Source of the DNA: Lepidodermella squamata
Lineage: Eukaryota; Animalia; Gastrotricha
Direction: 5' to 3'
Assembly: GCA_047495785.1 (NCBI GenBank)
Contig: JBLDXI010000034.1
Span: 248,001-312,000, forward strand
DNA: 64,000 nt
The notes beneath the pieces are model-generated. The model searched no databases, had not been told where the DNA came from, and worked only from the letters and a program-made list of their open reading frames with translations. The stretch's first letter is position 1; the number at the start of each line of letters is the position of its first letter. A program made the translations under genes and the position numbers. Of this stretch, positions 39,457-52,200 are shown in pieces.

Positions 39457-42263
39457 ATGAAACCGATATTCAGCACCTGTTCATTTGCTATCGTAGTTTC
39501 GATAAGTTGCTTGGTACCAGCTGCTCAATGCTGCCGACGATTCGTCGACGAGCCATCTTCCACAGATAAAGAGGTCAGTTTTCTAAAAACCTGGAGAAAC
39601 TTAGCCTTTTCCTAACCTGATTCATTACGGAAAGGCTCCGATCGTAGTAAAAACTATCGATGCAAACGATACCTTGTATGAGGAATTGCGATTCGCTGTT
39701 GATGAGGCGGATGTCGATCAAGTTCGCCACCTGATTGGCGTCATAAGAACACGAGACGGAGGTGCATTTAACGCCAACTGGCGAGATGAGAAAGCGTATA
39801 AAACTTGTCAAACGTCCAGGCCGAAAATCTTCAATACAACTCTACTAATCCGGGTCGAAGCCTTAGATTGTGATGGCCAACTTGAGAAGCGTGCGCAGAT
39901 TGCTAAAGTTCTCATCGATAATGGCGCTGATGTTAACGCTACAGTTGCAACAGATCAAACTGCGCTGTACTTCGCAGTAGCCTATAATCACTTGCCTGTT
40001 GTCAAGGTACTGGTCGAATCTGGAGCCGATGTTAACGCTCTTTTTGGTCCTTGGAAAAAATCATTAGTGGCCATGGCTCTTGACGGCGTCCACACTGAAA
40101 TTGTCGAGTTTTTGATTGATAACGGGGCTCATTGGAACGTATATAATGTATTCGGCTATTCGCCTTTCATGAGAGCTACTAGTTCTGACTACGCCCGGTT
40201 AGCGAAGTTCCTACTGGCGAGGGGTGCGGATATCAACGAGGTGGATGAAGGTTGCAAGTCTGTGTTGATGAATGCTCGGCCGCATTTAGAAATGATGAAG
40301 TGGCTGGTCGAGATGGGGGCGGATGTTAATTTCGACACAAGAAGCTTACAACGTTGTAAGTTCATAGTTTTATCGAAAAAAGTGCTGCTGGCAAAGTTTG
40401 CGAAATACAGGAGATCCCAAACCCCAGCTGGAAAGGTCCAGGCAAGAAAACCTTTGGGAGAAGGGACAAAATTTTTTCGAAAAAGCTCAAAAATTCACTT
40501 GCTAATCATCTGAAAGCTTATTCGCTGCCATATTTAGATTGGACATTGTTTGCATTTTGTTATTTTTCTTTGGACTTCCAGGCTCCGAATCTGGTGGCTC
40601 GGCTTTGATTGAGGCGACTAGATATTGCGACGTGACCCTCGTAGAATACCTGATCGAAAAAGGTGCGGCAGTTGGAAACATCGCCGAAAACAATGCATTG
40701 ATGCATGCGGCTTGCTGCAGGAAACCTGATATTGCGAGACTTTTACTGGACAATAAGGCCGATATAGATATGATGGACAAGAACGGCATGACGGCGCTTA
40801 TCTTTGCGGCTCAAGATGGAGGCATTGAGGTCGTTAAATTTCTGGTCGAACGAGGTGCTGATGTCAATTTGTCTCTGCATGGGAAAACGGCCCTGGCTCA
40901 AGCGATTGAGTACAAACAACGTGAAGTAGTCGAGTATCTTAGACGTATTCTAAATCTTGAGGATTCAGCTGAAACTATTGCTACGAAAGCGAAAGACATG
41001 GTGTACGAGAAATTGGCATTCGCTGTCGAAAAGGCGGATGTCGACCGGGTTCGCGAGCTGATTGCGGAAATCAAAGCCATTTACAAAGGTGAATTCGACG
41101 CTAACCGGGTTCTGCACCGTGTTGCAGCCAGTGGAGACCGCAGCGATTTAAGGGCGGTGATCGCTCAAATTCTCATCGATAATGGGGCTGATGTTAACGC
41201 TACAGATGAAAGTGATGAAACGGCGTTGAACTACGCGGCAGCTCATAATCACTTGCCTGTTGTCAAATTATTAGTTAAATCTGGAGCCGCTGTCAATCCT
41301 GTCCTGCCATCGGCTATAGCGCCTTTGGAGAAAGCTGTCTTTTTCAATAATATCGAAATCGTTGAGTTTTTGCTCGATAACGGGGCTGATGTGAAGCGGC
41401 GTGGTCGTTTAATGCGGCGATCGCCTTTAGCGACAGCTGTTATAAAGGGAACATTGCGAATGGTGAAGATTTTGCTGGCGAGGGGCGCCGATGTTAACGC
41501 GGTGGATGACTATAACCGGTCTGTGTTGATGAATGCGGCGGTTTATAATCGATTCGAAATGATCGAGTTGCTGGTGGAGAATGGGGCGGATGTTAATGAC
41601 GGCGGTAGTGATTCTCCATCCGACACAGTTATGGATGAATCGTTTGATAATTGGAAGTCCTTTGTTATTTTTCCAGGCGTGGCCCAATGTTGCTTGACGT
41701 TGAGTTTTGCTGTTAAAAATGGAAACGCAACTACGGTAAAATACCTGATCGAAAAAGGCGCCAATGTGAAATTCATCGAAAAATGTGGCTATTCAGCCAT
41801 TTCCGCCGCAAAATCATACGAGATTGCAAAACTGCTCTTTGATAATGGAGCCGACATGCTGCTGAAGGATAGCATGGGCAATTCCATTCTCAACTCTGCT
41901 GCATTGGATGGAAGAGAAGGTGTTGCAAAATTTGCTATTGAAAAAGGAGTTGATATCAACGCCATAGATAATGATGAAATGACAGCCTTAATGTACGCGG
42001 CTGTCCGTGGTCACGTCGGAATGGTTAGACTTCTATTGGACAATGGGGCAAGCATGACTCTGCTGAACCGCGATATGAACACGGTTTTAATGATTGCCGT
42101 GAAACGTGAACAAATTGAAGTCGTCAAATTGCTGGTGAAACGAGGCGCCGATGTCAATTTCAAAAACCCTCTCACCAAAGTAACGGCCTTGCATTATGCA
42201 ATTGTTAACGACATAACAGAGATCATTGACTTTCTTAAACCTCTGACTACAACTCAAAAATGA
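39457..42263 (+). CDS. Double-length signal-peptide ankyrin protein A11, ~815-839 aa; join(39457..39573,39635..40355,40582..42263), optional intron 41605..41676
   Basis: AAQCCRR leader. A second YEKLAFAVEKADVDRVRELI cap occurs mid-ORF, followed by another full ANK set. Confidence 0.85.
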
Positions 42264-43375
42264 CTTTTTTGAATTGAACAATTAATCACTCCTTAATTGC
42301 CCATCTTGCGCACGCAACAATGTTGTAAATATTTCCCTAGAATAGCTACTTGCCACTAGTTAGCGTTGTTATTTTTAAACCTTAATAAATTCAATCCTGT
42401 AATTAATGTTTCTTTTATGGATAAAATGTGGGCGAAAATAAAATGTAGGCGAAAATGTGAAAATAGCAACATTTCTGTCACTCAATGGCTATGCGTCATT
42501 GTGAGGGACGTAGTGGCTACTTGAACACATTATGGCATTACCGAACCCGGTAACAAGTGGTTTTTCATCAGATTTTCTTTACCAAATGTTGCTGAAGCGG
42601 AAAGTAATTTGCATGATGCATAACCTAATTTTTCGAACATTTCAATCATAACCTCCCTAAAAGTTTTGAAAAGGGGTTTTAGGCCAATTGAAAACTCTAA
42701 AATTCACTTCCGCAAAACGTAAGATGCATTTTTCATTCAATCGGTGATTAGTGAAACTTAATTTAAAGTCGATAAAACAAACAAGTCTCATTGCAAAGGC
42801 TAAGAAGCAGGTAAAAAAAGAGTCGCAGATGTTTCCCAGGATATCAGCGGTGGGCGACCTGTTTCAATCATGTCACGACCTGGTTTATAAACACTCGATT
42901 ACTTTTCGTAACGCAGTCCGCGAGCTGCCGCGGCTTCGGCACCAACTGATTCAAATACTATCCGCATACACGGCTACCGGCACCAAGGAGAACAAAAACC
43001 CCAAATCAGCATTGACTGTCTGGTAAAAATCGAAATGATTTATTGAAAGGTTGGCTAAGAGTTCTGAAAGCTACTTTTACCATATCTCCGAGTTTTGCCA
43101 ATGTTCTACCTTTAGAAAATTAGCAAGATTCGAGCCTGATTCTTTGCATCAAAATGTCATAACGAAAGTCAGAGGTTGCTATGTACTCTGTAGGGCGGAT
43201 GGCTTACAGATGCAAGCAGAAATGGCCTTCGATACAGCAAATGAGAATATGAAGCGTTAACTATCTACCCTGTGTGCATTGACTGAGTAAAACGGAATTA
43301 ATTAAAAAATACGTGTGTTATCTAGCTTTTAATTACCTCACTGAATCAGCCATTCTATTTCATACCAGCTAAAAC

Positions 43376-43545
43376 ATGAAACCGATCATTCGTGCCAGCT
43401 TATCGTAGTTCTGATTGGTTGCTCGATAACAGCCATTGTCAGTGTAGCCAACTGAGAACTTTGCTACTTCATCGTCAAACTATGAACTATGGCATGCAAA
43501 GCAGCTATGGATCGCGCCAGCTGGAGCTATGCGTGCCGCTTTGAA
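43376..43545 (+). pseudogene. Ankyrin exon-1 remnant fused to a P2-like peptide gene remnant (P3)
   Basis: atgaaaccgatc..ccatt leader, then QSSYGSRQLELCVPL* and downstream sequence matching 5818-6290. Confidence 0.65.
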
Positions 43546-43951
43546 TCTACGATCTAGATTCGAACTGAAGCGAGGAAACGCGACATGAGCTGCTGAATGT
43601 GCCATTTCGTTCTGACGATGCCTAATTTGTAGAGCGAGAATTGTGTCTGGGTGCTTATCAGTTTTCGTCATTAAAATGGACTTTTAATAGCTGGACAGCC
43701 TCGATGCAAGAGGCATACCAAAGCAGTTTGTTGGTGGCTGAAGTTAGGATGCCGAAGCTCATTTCTAAAGCTTCATCGAAACGCTAACCGGCCATGATAA
43801 CAGTGTAGTTAAATTTCCATTGAAGAATAATTAGAATATTGAATAATTAGGATTAATTGAAGCGCGGTTGAAGGCTGTTGGTATTTGAAGCACTGAAACC
43901 ATTAACAATGCCTCATTTCACACATTCCAGTTTCATTACAAACCGTACACT

Positions 43952-45041
43952 ATGAAACACGCTGTTATTAGCACAAGGCTCATCACTGTAGCGATCCTAA
44001 TAGGTACCTTGACCCTTGGAAGTGAATGCTGTTTCAAAACTAGCGATCGCCCGTCAGCAAAGGAAGAGGTCAGAAATTTTGAAGAAAGGCTCAATTCATG
44101 CCTTATTGATGAAAGATTTTGCATTTTGCAGGGCCATGAAGCACTATGGGTTGAAAACAGCCCATCAGAAGCATACAAGCATACAAGCATTCGGCGCTTA
44201 CAGCAGCTGTTACTTATGGGCACTTCGAAATTGCGAAGATTTTGCTAGCTAAGGGGCAGATGTTAACGAGGTTGATGACTTTTCTTGGTCTGTCATGAAT
44301 GCGTGCGAGCAGAATCAGTATGATATCATCAAGCTTTTGGTGGAAAATGGGGCTGATGTTAACTTCGATAACAAAGATGTTAGAGTTAAATTAGGTAAGA
44401 TATTAAAGCGGGTTAATCTTGATTAAACGGACATTACTTAGTTTTTTTTTAAACAGGCCCTCACTTGGGTAGCTCGCCTTTGATGATCGCTTCTCGTTTT
44501 GGAGACGCTGCAACCGTGAAGTACTTGATCGAAAAAGGCGCCAATGTAAGATACGTCGACAAACACGGCCTTTCGGCGATTTTGGATGCTAACTCACCCG
44601 ATACCGTCAAGCTGCTCGTTGAAAATGGAGCTGATATTCAATTCAAGAACAAATACGGGAAAACCCTTCTCCATCAGGCTGCTATTAAGGGTAGGAGGCG
44701 CAGTCGTGAGATTTGTTATTGAAAACGGGATCGATGTCAACCAGAGAGATAAAGAAGACTGGACAGCTTTAATGTTCGCGGCCAAGGAAGGTCACGCCGA
44801 AATTGTCTGGCTTTTGCTGGACAATAAGGCTGAAGTCGATCTGTTCAACAATTATGGCTGGACTGCTTTGATGGTTGCAGCCCAAAATGGAAATATTAAT
44901 GCCGTCAAATTCCTGGTTGAAGGAGGTGCGAATGTCAATTTGAAAGGACGCGTCCGCAAACTAAGGCCCCTGGATTTCGCAGTTGAAAATCAAAGAACTG
45001 ATGTCGTCGAATTTCTGTGGCCAATCACGGCCAAAAATTGA
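43952..45041 (+). pseudogene. Ankyrin pseudogene A13 (A2 paralog)
   Basis: ~460-nt deletion in exon 2 at ~44185 and a frameshift near 44695. Confidence 0.9.
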
Positions 45042-45712
45042 CCCAATATTTGACCGTATCAGAAAAACTTCATTTAATTTGTTCATCGAGTATGGTGTCG
45101 GTCAGAAATGTGGGGCTCCAGCACTAAAGTTTTCCGAAATATGGTTTCTCGAGTTATCCAGTCTTTGTTAGAATCTCAATATTCTGGCACCATGACTATC
45201 AGATAGATAGATCTCCATATTGTCTCCAAAAGGATCATCTGTATCTTGGGAGGTACTGAATTTGATAGCGAACAATGACAAATTTGATGACATGTGAAAA
45301 TAGGGATCGACATACGATGCTTCAATAGGCAGCAATGCTTTCCTGGTTTCAGTTCAACAGTGAGCGAGCTAGGATCCTTGAGCAAGGAGTTACTTTCGGG
45401 TATTTCGCGGGGCCTCTTCACGCGCCGCAGAACCTTCGCGTCCAGGTTAATGGACAGGGAAACATCGACTTTGACCATTAATGAAGACTTTTTCGCCGAG
45501 CCTATTATCGCTGGTCAGGCACTGTTTGTCATTGCTAACAGGACGACCTTTCCCGAACGCAGCAGCAGCAATAACAGCCTATTAACAGGTTGCGAAGTAC
45601 AGGGGTGCAGTCGCAACACCCCAGCTCCGGGACTCCAACCAGAAGTAGGCAGAAATGCTGAAGAAACCACATGGGTGACCCGTTGTTACTGCTAAACTTC
45701 TTTTTTTGATAA

Positions 45713-46139
45713 GCCCCAATTTGGGTGGCTCGACATTCGATTCAAGAATAAAAATGGACAAACCGACCTTCACCAGGCTGCTACAAGTGGTAAAATCGAA
45801 GTCGCGAAATTTGCTATAGAAAAGGGGGTCAATGTCAACCACATGGATCAGGAAGATTGAACAGCTTCAATGTACGCGGCACGGGAAGGTTACGCGGATG
45901 TTGTTCGACTTTGCTGGACAATAAGGTCGATAAATCGATCTGATCAACAATTATGACTGGACAGCTCTGATGGTCGCAGCGAGAAATGGAAATTTTGAAG
46001 TGGTCGAATGGATGGTAGAAAGAAGCGCGAATGTCAATATGGAAGGGCGTATTGACAAGAAACGAGCCCTGGATTTCGCCGTTCAACATCAAAACACTGA
46101 GGTCGCCGACTATCTCAAGCCGATTACGACCAAAAATTA
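45713..46139 (+). pseudogene. Decayed ankyrin last exon
   Basis: Frameshifted GQT.LHQAA..EVAKFAIEKG..ALDFAV..YLKPITTKN*. Confidence 0.8.
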
Positions 46140-46343
46140 ACCTGTTTTCTCACGTAGTAGAGTTTTCTTTGCCCTTATCATTGTGCAAAATGTGAAGTTC
46201 CGTTGAACCTTTGTGGAATTTTCTGGTGAATGGAAAGATACTTGGTACAGGGTTAATTTTATATTCAACAAAGCGGCTGTGATGCTGGATGTTTTGTGTG
46301 ATACTTGGTTTTTTTTCAAGTTTTACAGCAAATATCAATTGTA

Positions 46344-47726
46344 ATGCACTCAACTAGCGTGAAATTACTATACCTAGTCAGTTCTATCGGCTATTTGATA
46401 ACTGCAATAGATTGTTGTTTCACCTCCAGCGAAAAGCGATCCGATGACTTCTTTTTTGTCCCTGAAAGAGATGTTGCTTCAATCAAGGTGCCAACTGATC
46501 CCCATCAAGCCCTTTACCAGCAATTAGCTCTGGCCGCAGAGAAAGCCGACATCTATCGAGTTCGCGAGCTAATCAGAGAAATCAAGTATCGAAACAACGG
46601 AATTTTCAACGCGAATTGGCGCGAGAAGGGAAATGTGCTATCCTGCGAGTACGACATCAAAAACTCGGCCCTATTACACCGTGTATCAGCCTGCCTTGAT
46701 CATCGTGAGAAACGGAAGGAAATCGCTCAAATTCTCGTCGATCACGGGGCTAATGCGAATTCGGAAGAGTCGGATGGAGCAACTCCCCTTCACTTCGCGG
46801 CTAGGATTGGGCATTTGGCAATAGCAAAGGTCCTATTAAAAGCCGGGGCCGATGTCAATGCTGCTTATGGTTTTTACAGGCAAACACCGCTGATGTTTGC
46901 TGCAAGTAGAGGCGATAGGGAACTCGCAAAATATTTGCTGGAAAATGGGGCTGATTTGAAATGGCGTGATAACTACGGACATTCTCCATTGATAAAAGCT
47001 GCACTTTTCAACCACCTTGAGACGGTGAGGATTCTGCTTGAGAATGGCGCTGATGTTAACGACATGGATAACAATGCCCAATCGGTGTTGATGAATGCGG
47101 CTAGGCATAATGATTTCGAATTGATCAAGTTGCTGGTCGAGCATGGTGCAGATGTTAATTTCGACAACAGAAATATTCGAACAAAAGGTAAATTGAGAAT
47201 TGTGTGGTTGAAAGCTGATTTTCTTATATTTTCAGGCCCGCACTATCGTGGCTCGCCATTGATCAAAGCTGCTACTTATTGCGACGTGAAAATAATCAAA
47301 TACCTGATTGAAAAAGGAGCAAACGTGAACTTTGTCGAGTCAAATGGCTTGCCAGCTCTTATCTACACATTGTTTTTTGCAAGCTCACGTGCTAAGGTTG
47401 AGTTACTCGTTGAAAACGGCGCCGACGTGCGATTTACGGATAGCAATGGGCGCAATCTCCTTCACGAAACTGCAACCTACGGTAACGCGGAAATAGCAGA
47501 GTTCGCCATTGAAAAAGGGCTTGATGTTAATATGAAAGACAAGCTGGGATTTACGCCGCTGATGATAGCGGCTGAAAGTGGCCGTCTCGAAGTTGTTAAA
47601 TTGTTGGTCGAAAGAGGCGCTGATGCCAATTTGAAGAGCACTGATGAAGGCAAAACAGCTTTGGATCTTGCGGTCGAATGCAATAGAAATGCTGTTGCTG
47701 ACTACCTTAGGCCCTATACTAAATAA
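46344..47726 (+). CDS. Signal-peptide ankyrin-repeat protein A14, 444 aa, paralog of A4; join(46344..47187,47236..47726)
   Basis: AIDCCFTSS leader; 48-nt stop-free intron at the conserved position. Confidence 0.9.
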   Translation: MHSTSVKLLYLVSSIGYLITAIDCCFTSSEKRSDDFFFVPERDVASIKVPTDPHQALYQQLALAAEKADIYRVRELIREIKYRNNGIFNANWREKGNVLSCEYDIKNSALLHRVSACLDHREKRKEIAQILVDHGANANSEESDGATPLHFAARIGHLAIAKVLLKAGADVNAAYGFYRQTPLMFAASRGDRELAKYLLENGADLKWRDNYGHSPLIKAALFNHLETVRILLENGADVNDMDNNAQSVLMNAARHNDFELIKLLVEHGADVNFDNRNIRTKGKLRIVWLKADFLIFSGPHYRGSPLIKAATYCDVKIIKYLIEKGANVNFVESNGLPALIYTLFFASSRAKVELLVENGADVRFTDSNGRNLLHETATYGNAEIAEFAIEKGLDVNMKDKLGFTPLMIAAESGRLEVVKLLVERGADANLKSTDEGKTALDLAVECNRNAVADYLRPYTK

Positions 47727-47879
47727 AGTAGCTGCATTGAAACTCGTGAGACCTCATTGCTACGATTCATTTCGCTAAGTAACGTTTATTTGTATACAAA
47801 GCTCTTCCAAAAGTTATCACTCCATTAGCCAAGTTTGAAGTTTAGCGTAGTTCTCAGGGTGATCGTGGATTCAAGAGCT

Positions 47880-48248
47880 ATGGCCACTTGCCGGTTATCA
47901 AGACAGTAGTAAAATCCGGAGCCGATGTGCATCCTTTGAATAGTTACGGAGTTTCGTTGTTTATGGCTGCTACCGACAAGCATCGAAATCATCACATTTT
48001 TGCTTGACAACGGGGCTGATATGAAGCTGCGTGGTTACATGGGCCGTTCTCCGTTTATGACAGCCGCTGTGAAAGGCAATCTTCGGCTGGCACAGACGTT
48101 GTTTGCGAGGGGCGCCGATGCTAACGACCTGGATGACGAAGGCCGGTCTGTTGCAGAGTTGAATGATTTTAGAATGATCAAGTGGCTAGTCGAAAATGGG
48201 GCGCATGTTACTTATAACAAACGAGATTTAAAACACCTTGGAGGTTGA
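47880..48248 (+). pseudogene. A5-like exon-2 fragment
   Basis: GHLPVIK..KSGADV..GNLRLA with a stop; no leader and no last exon. Confidence 0.8.
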
Positions 48249-49218
48249 ATATTGCTTAATCCGGCAGATTAACTGCTTATCACTTGTCAGCAATCCGAAA
48301 ACTGCGCGAAAAACCCAGTAATTACTACCCCATTGTCAAGTGAAATTGGGTTATATTGGGTTATATTGGGTCTATAAAAAAATGGTACTTTGTGAATCAG
48401 AATTAGGTACTCCATTCAAGGGAAGAAATAATGTTTTATTAAATCATGGTATGAAAGTTCCCAGTTGCAAATTAAAAAGTAAACGATGCCATTTCTAACT
48501 AGCCGACGTTCCGGATGTACAAATGAAGTTTCGCGTCGACGGCTGACCAAGACGGAATTGCATTCAAAACCTACCTGCAGTATTATATGTCTCAACTGAG
48601 ATTGACTGAAATTTTCTGATAGCTATGACATTGGAAACTAGACGCCTAAATTTTGTTAACAAGAAGCGTCTCGTTAAACAACTTTTTGGGGTTTTGAACA
48701 GGTTGCCCTTATCACGGGGTATCATCCCTCTTTGCTTAGCAAGACAGGACTAGAAAAACGAAAATGTAGCCAGTAGATTAACATAGTCAAAATGCGAAAC
48801 GCTCGATCCTCTAATATTGAAACAACCTCGCGGTGTAATTTTTAAGTGACATTTTCGATAATCGATAACTCAAGTTTGAAGAGATATCCGTCACCACTCA
48901 GCCAGTCGTAATACGCGTGGGCGAAACAGAGAATGGTCTGACAATGTTCACGGGAGATGCGTGTTTCTACGATCCTACGCAGTCACTTTTCTCGATGCAC
49001 TCTGAAGCTAATAGAAGGATCTGCAACTTCTATTTTCCAAGGTTTTGAACATTACATACTTTCAATAAAGACTAGGCCTGAAATTGCCATTAGCTTCCAC
49101 GTCATTATCAGCCACTTAACGTTTGAGTGTAATGAATAATTCAACAAAAATGGCCTCGCACGCATTGAAATGACAATATTTGAAGGGCAAAACATTAACT
49201 CAGATTTTTTAAGGCACC

Positions 49219-52200
49219 ATGTTAGAATTTGCTTGTGCTGTTTTCTTGCTAAGCATTTTGAGTCTCGCTGATGCTCAAGGCGTATCTCGCTGCGGGACAC
49301 TGGTCCCACAGTTGTCGCTGTTCAACCACGCCGATGCCGACCGATCTACCAACTGGGAATTGAACCAAATGCCGGGTTTGAATGCAAGCATCTCGCCGGT
49401 GAATGCAACTCGCCTCTCCCTGGACACCATCTCAAAGACAAATGGTGCCATATGGGCGAAAAACGTTAGCGATTTCTTGGCATTAAAAAAACTTCGATAA
49501 CTGTCTTTCTTACTTATACCTAGCCTTTCCCGCTGACCAATTTCTACATCGAACTATGGGCTTACATTGACTCACACTCTCCAGGCGGTGCAAGCGATGG
49601 TGTAATGATCGTGATTGGCAATAATGCATTTTCCACCCCGTTCAATTCTAGTAAGTACACTCTAGGTGAAAATAACTATTTTCGAAATGTTCATCGTTCT
49701 ACTGTTAAATTATGGAAGGATTCAATGATAGTAGACATTCTCCTCGGATTTCTTCCCACAATCGCACCGAATTAAGGAGAATGTTAAGCTTCGAAGATAG
49801 ATGAGCCGTGCATTACAGTAGTCAAAACTAAACGCTGAATATTTCCGTAATGGCGGGGTATTTTATTTCTGACCATGCCGAATCTGACCATGCCGGGTGT
49901 GAAATACGATGGGGAATGAGGGATGAGGAGTATCGTACCCTCAGTTCGGCAGGCCAAGTTAGAAAACATCAAAAAGGCCTCTTCAATTGTAACATTTGCG
50001 CCCGGAAATATCGCCTAGTTCGAACATCCTACTTCGCACACTAGTCCCAAAAATTGTATGAGACGGTGCGGCTCGCAGAGCATCAGTATTGACGTGATAT
50101 TTTTTTAAAAGGCGCAAGGTCCAACTGATTTTTTGCAATATAAAAGTGTGAATATTCACACTTCTAGCTCACTTTTTTCGAATAAATATTTTTGAAGCTA
50201 TTTTTGAAGTTTGTTGATTTGAAACTTTTTTAGGAATTGAACCTACCAATTTTTTTAATTGAACCCACCGAGAGAATTAAAATTCAACGGGAAACCCGGA
50301 ATACCCCGATGGTAACTGATTTGATCATTTTCGGTATTTAACCAGGTTGCACAGAATTCCCCCGGACTTATTTTTGCAAAAAAAAGATATTATTATTTGA
50401 TGACTATTTTTTTAATTTTTTAGAAGTTAATTTTACTGGCTATTAGATGTTAATTCATCGCTCATTCTTAGAGTTTCCGTACCTTTGTGCAGATTCGTTG
50501 CTAGCATCACGCTGTGTAAATATTTAAATCTGTGTAAATAACCCGATTTGCGATATGCGCAGCTATTTTTGTACGAGTGGTAAATTCCGATACAAGTAAT
50601 TACCTGCTTTACCAGGCAATCCTTTTGGGATAAGCTGGCCGTCTTTCACTGGCATGGCGATCCATTTTTTTCCTTTTTATGGGACCTTCTTTTCGTGGAT
50701 GAGCACAGCGCCTAACGGCAACAACGAGCCCTACTGTGGCTGGGGTGGCACAATCTACTGCAAAAATAACATAAACGCGACGTCATGGATGATCAACATG
50801 CCTGTCAAGATTCAAATTCGCGTGGAAAACGGCAACAAAGTAGCGATTGGATCATGCCTTTCAGATGGCGCATGCATAGGACCTTTCACCGGTTCATCTA
50901 GCTATTCCCTGGCTAGCTCCTTCACTGACAAGCAAATGACGTTCGGCATTGGTGTTAAATCCGGGTGGAATACTCAAACCGTCGACATCCTTAGCTTAGG
51001 TGTCTACGACTGCTCGATTGCAGCGTCGCCGAACAAGTAATGTGTAGGAATAACGAGATTTTCACACTTAATCAATCAAATTTATTGAAGAGTTCAATCG
51101 TGCGGAACTTTGATGCCGCAATTTTCGCTGATTAACCCAGCGGCCGATCGAGCAGCTAACTGGGACTATTACCCACACTTGGGTATGAGCCTGGCTGGCC
51201 AACCTGCAAACACAACACGCCTCGCATCCGAAGGCTCAACAAATGTCGAATCAGGCCTGTGGAACCGAAGCGTAAGAAACAACTGATTTTAAATGAGAAC
51301 ACCCTGCCTTGTTGGAAAAAACGGTTTAAAGCCGAAATTGCGATTCTATAAAATACTCTCACTATGCGGCATTCTGACGGCTAAAATGAGGAAATAATCA
51401 TAAAGCAAACTCGAAACTCGCAAATTCAAAGCCGAAATTAGCAACGAGGATAAGGGACAAAAGTGAACTCGAAGGGTCACCCTTTATCCTTAGGAAGAAA
51501 TCCCCAAAAAAAACCACAGTGGGACCCTTTGGTCACATAAATTCTGGGCGGGAAAAATACCTCGAGGATCCTACTTCCCCAAAATAGCAACCCAGGCCGA
51601 AATTTCGAGCTTTTTGGCTATTTTTGAGCTTTTGAGGTCTTTTGAGGTTTTTCACCCCATTTCGCGATTACCCACCCCCAAATTCGGTTGATTGCTTCAG
51701 AATGTTTGTATTTTTTTGCGCAGCCATTCAGCAAATCGAGCTTCTACATCGAGCTGTCCGTAAGTGTGACCGACCTGGACAACGCACCATCGCCAGGAAT
51801 CGCCCTCCTTATCGCTAGTAACCAATCGATCGGGCGACCATCTAACCTGCGTAATTTTCCCTGCGTACTCTAACACTCACAGCAGCGTTTTCAATTGCAG
51901 AAAATGGCTTCGGCCTGGATTCAAGCAAATTCATAGGATTTTCGGTCGCATCCAACTTTTTATCGGGTTTTCTAAGTTCGAAAATTACACCAACTCCTCC
52001 TGGCGGCTCTCTGTTCCCTGGCACTTGTAGTACCCCAGATAGCACGGTCTGCACAGCTCTCAATTCAACAACAAAAAACAACACGGTTCAATACCAGATT
52101 AGGCTTGACAATGGCGTGTCATTATCGGTAAGAATTCATCAGATTTAATTTGTAGCAATGAATGCTGTCTTTAACAGATTTCAGCTTGTTTGTTTGATGG

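Noticed and set aside
45176-45695. ORFs in the duplicated 8.6/45.4 kb segment
   Set aside because: The paralogous copy has stops in the matching frames and no motif was recognised.
3629-47683. Many minus-strand ORFs over ankyrin exons (TSAPFS..)
   Set aside because: Antisense shadows of ANK codons.
3446-47726. Latrotoxin or bacterial endosymbiont ANK effector call
   Set aside because: No large N-terminal pore domain; the genes have spliceosomal introns and lie among eukaryotic TEs. Ancient horizontal transfer cannot be tested without a phylogeny.
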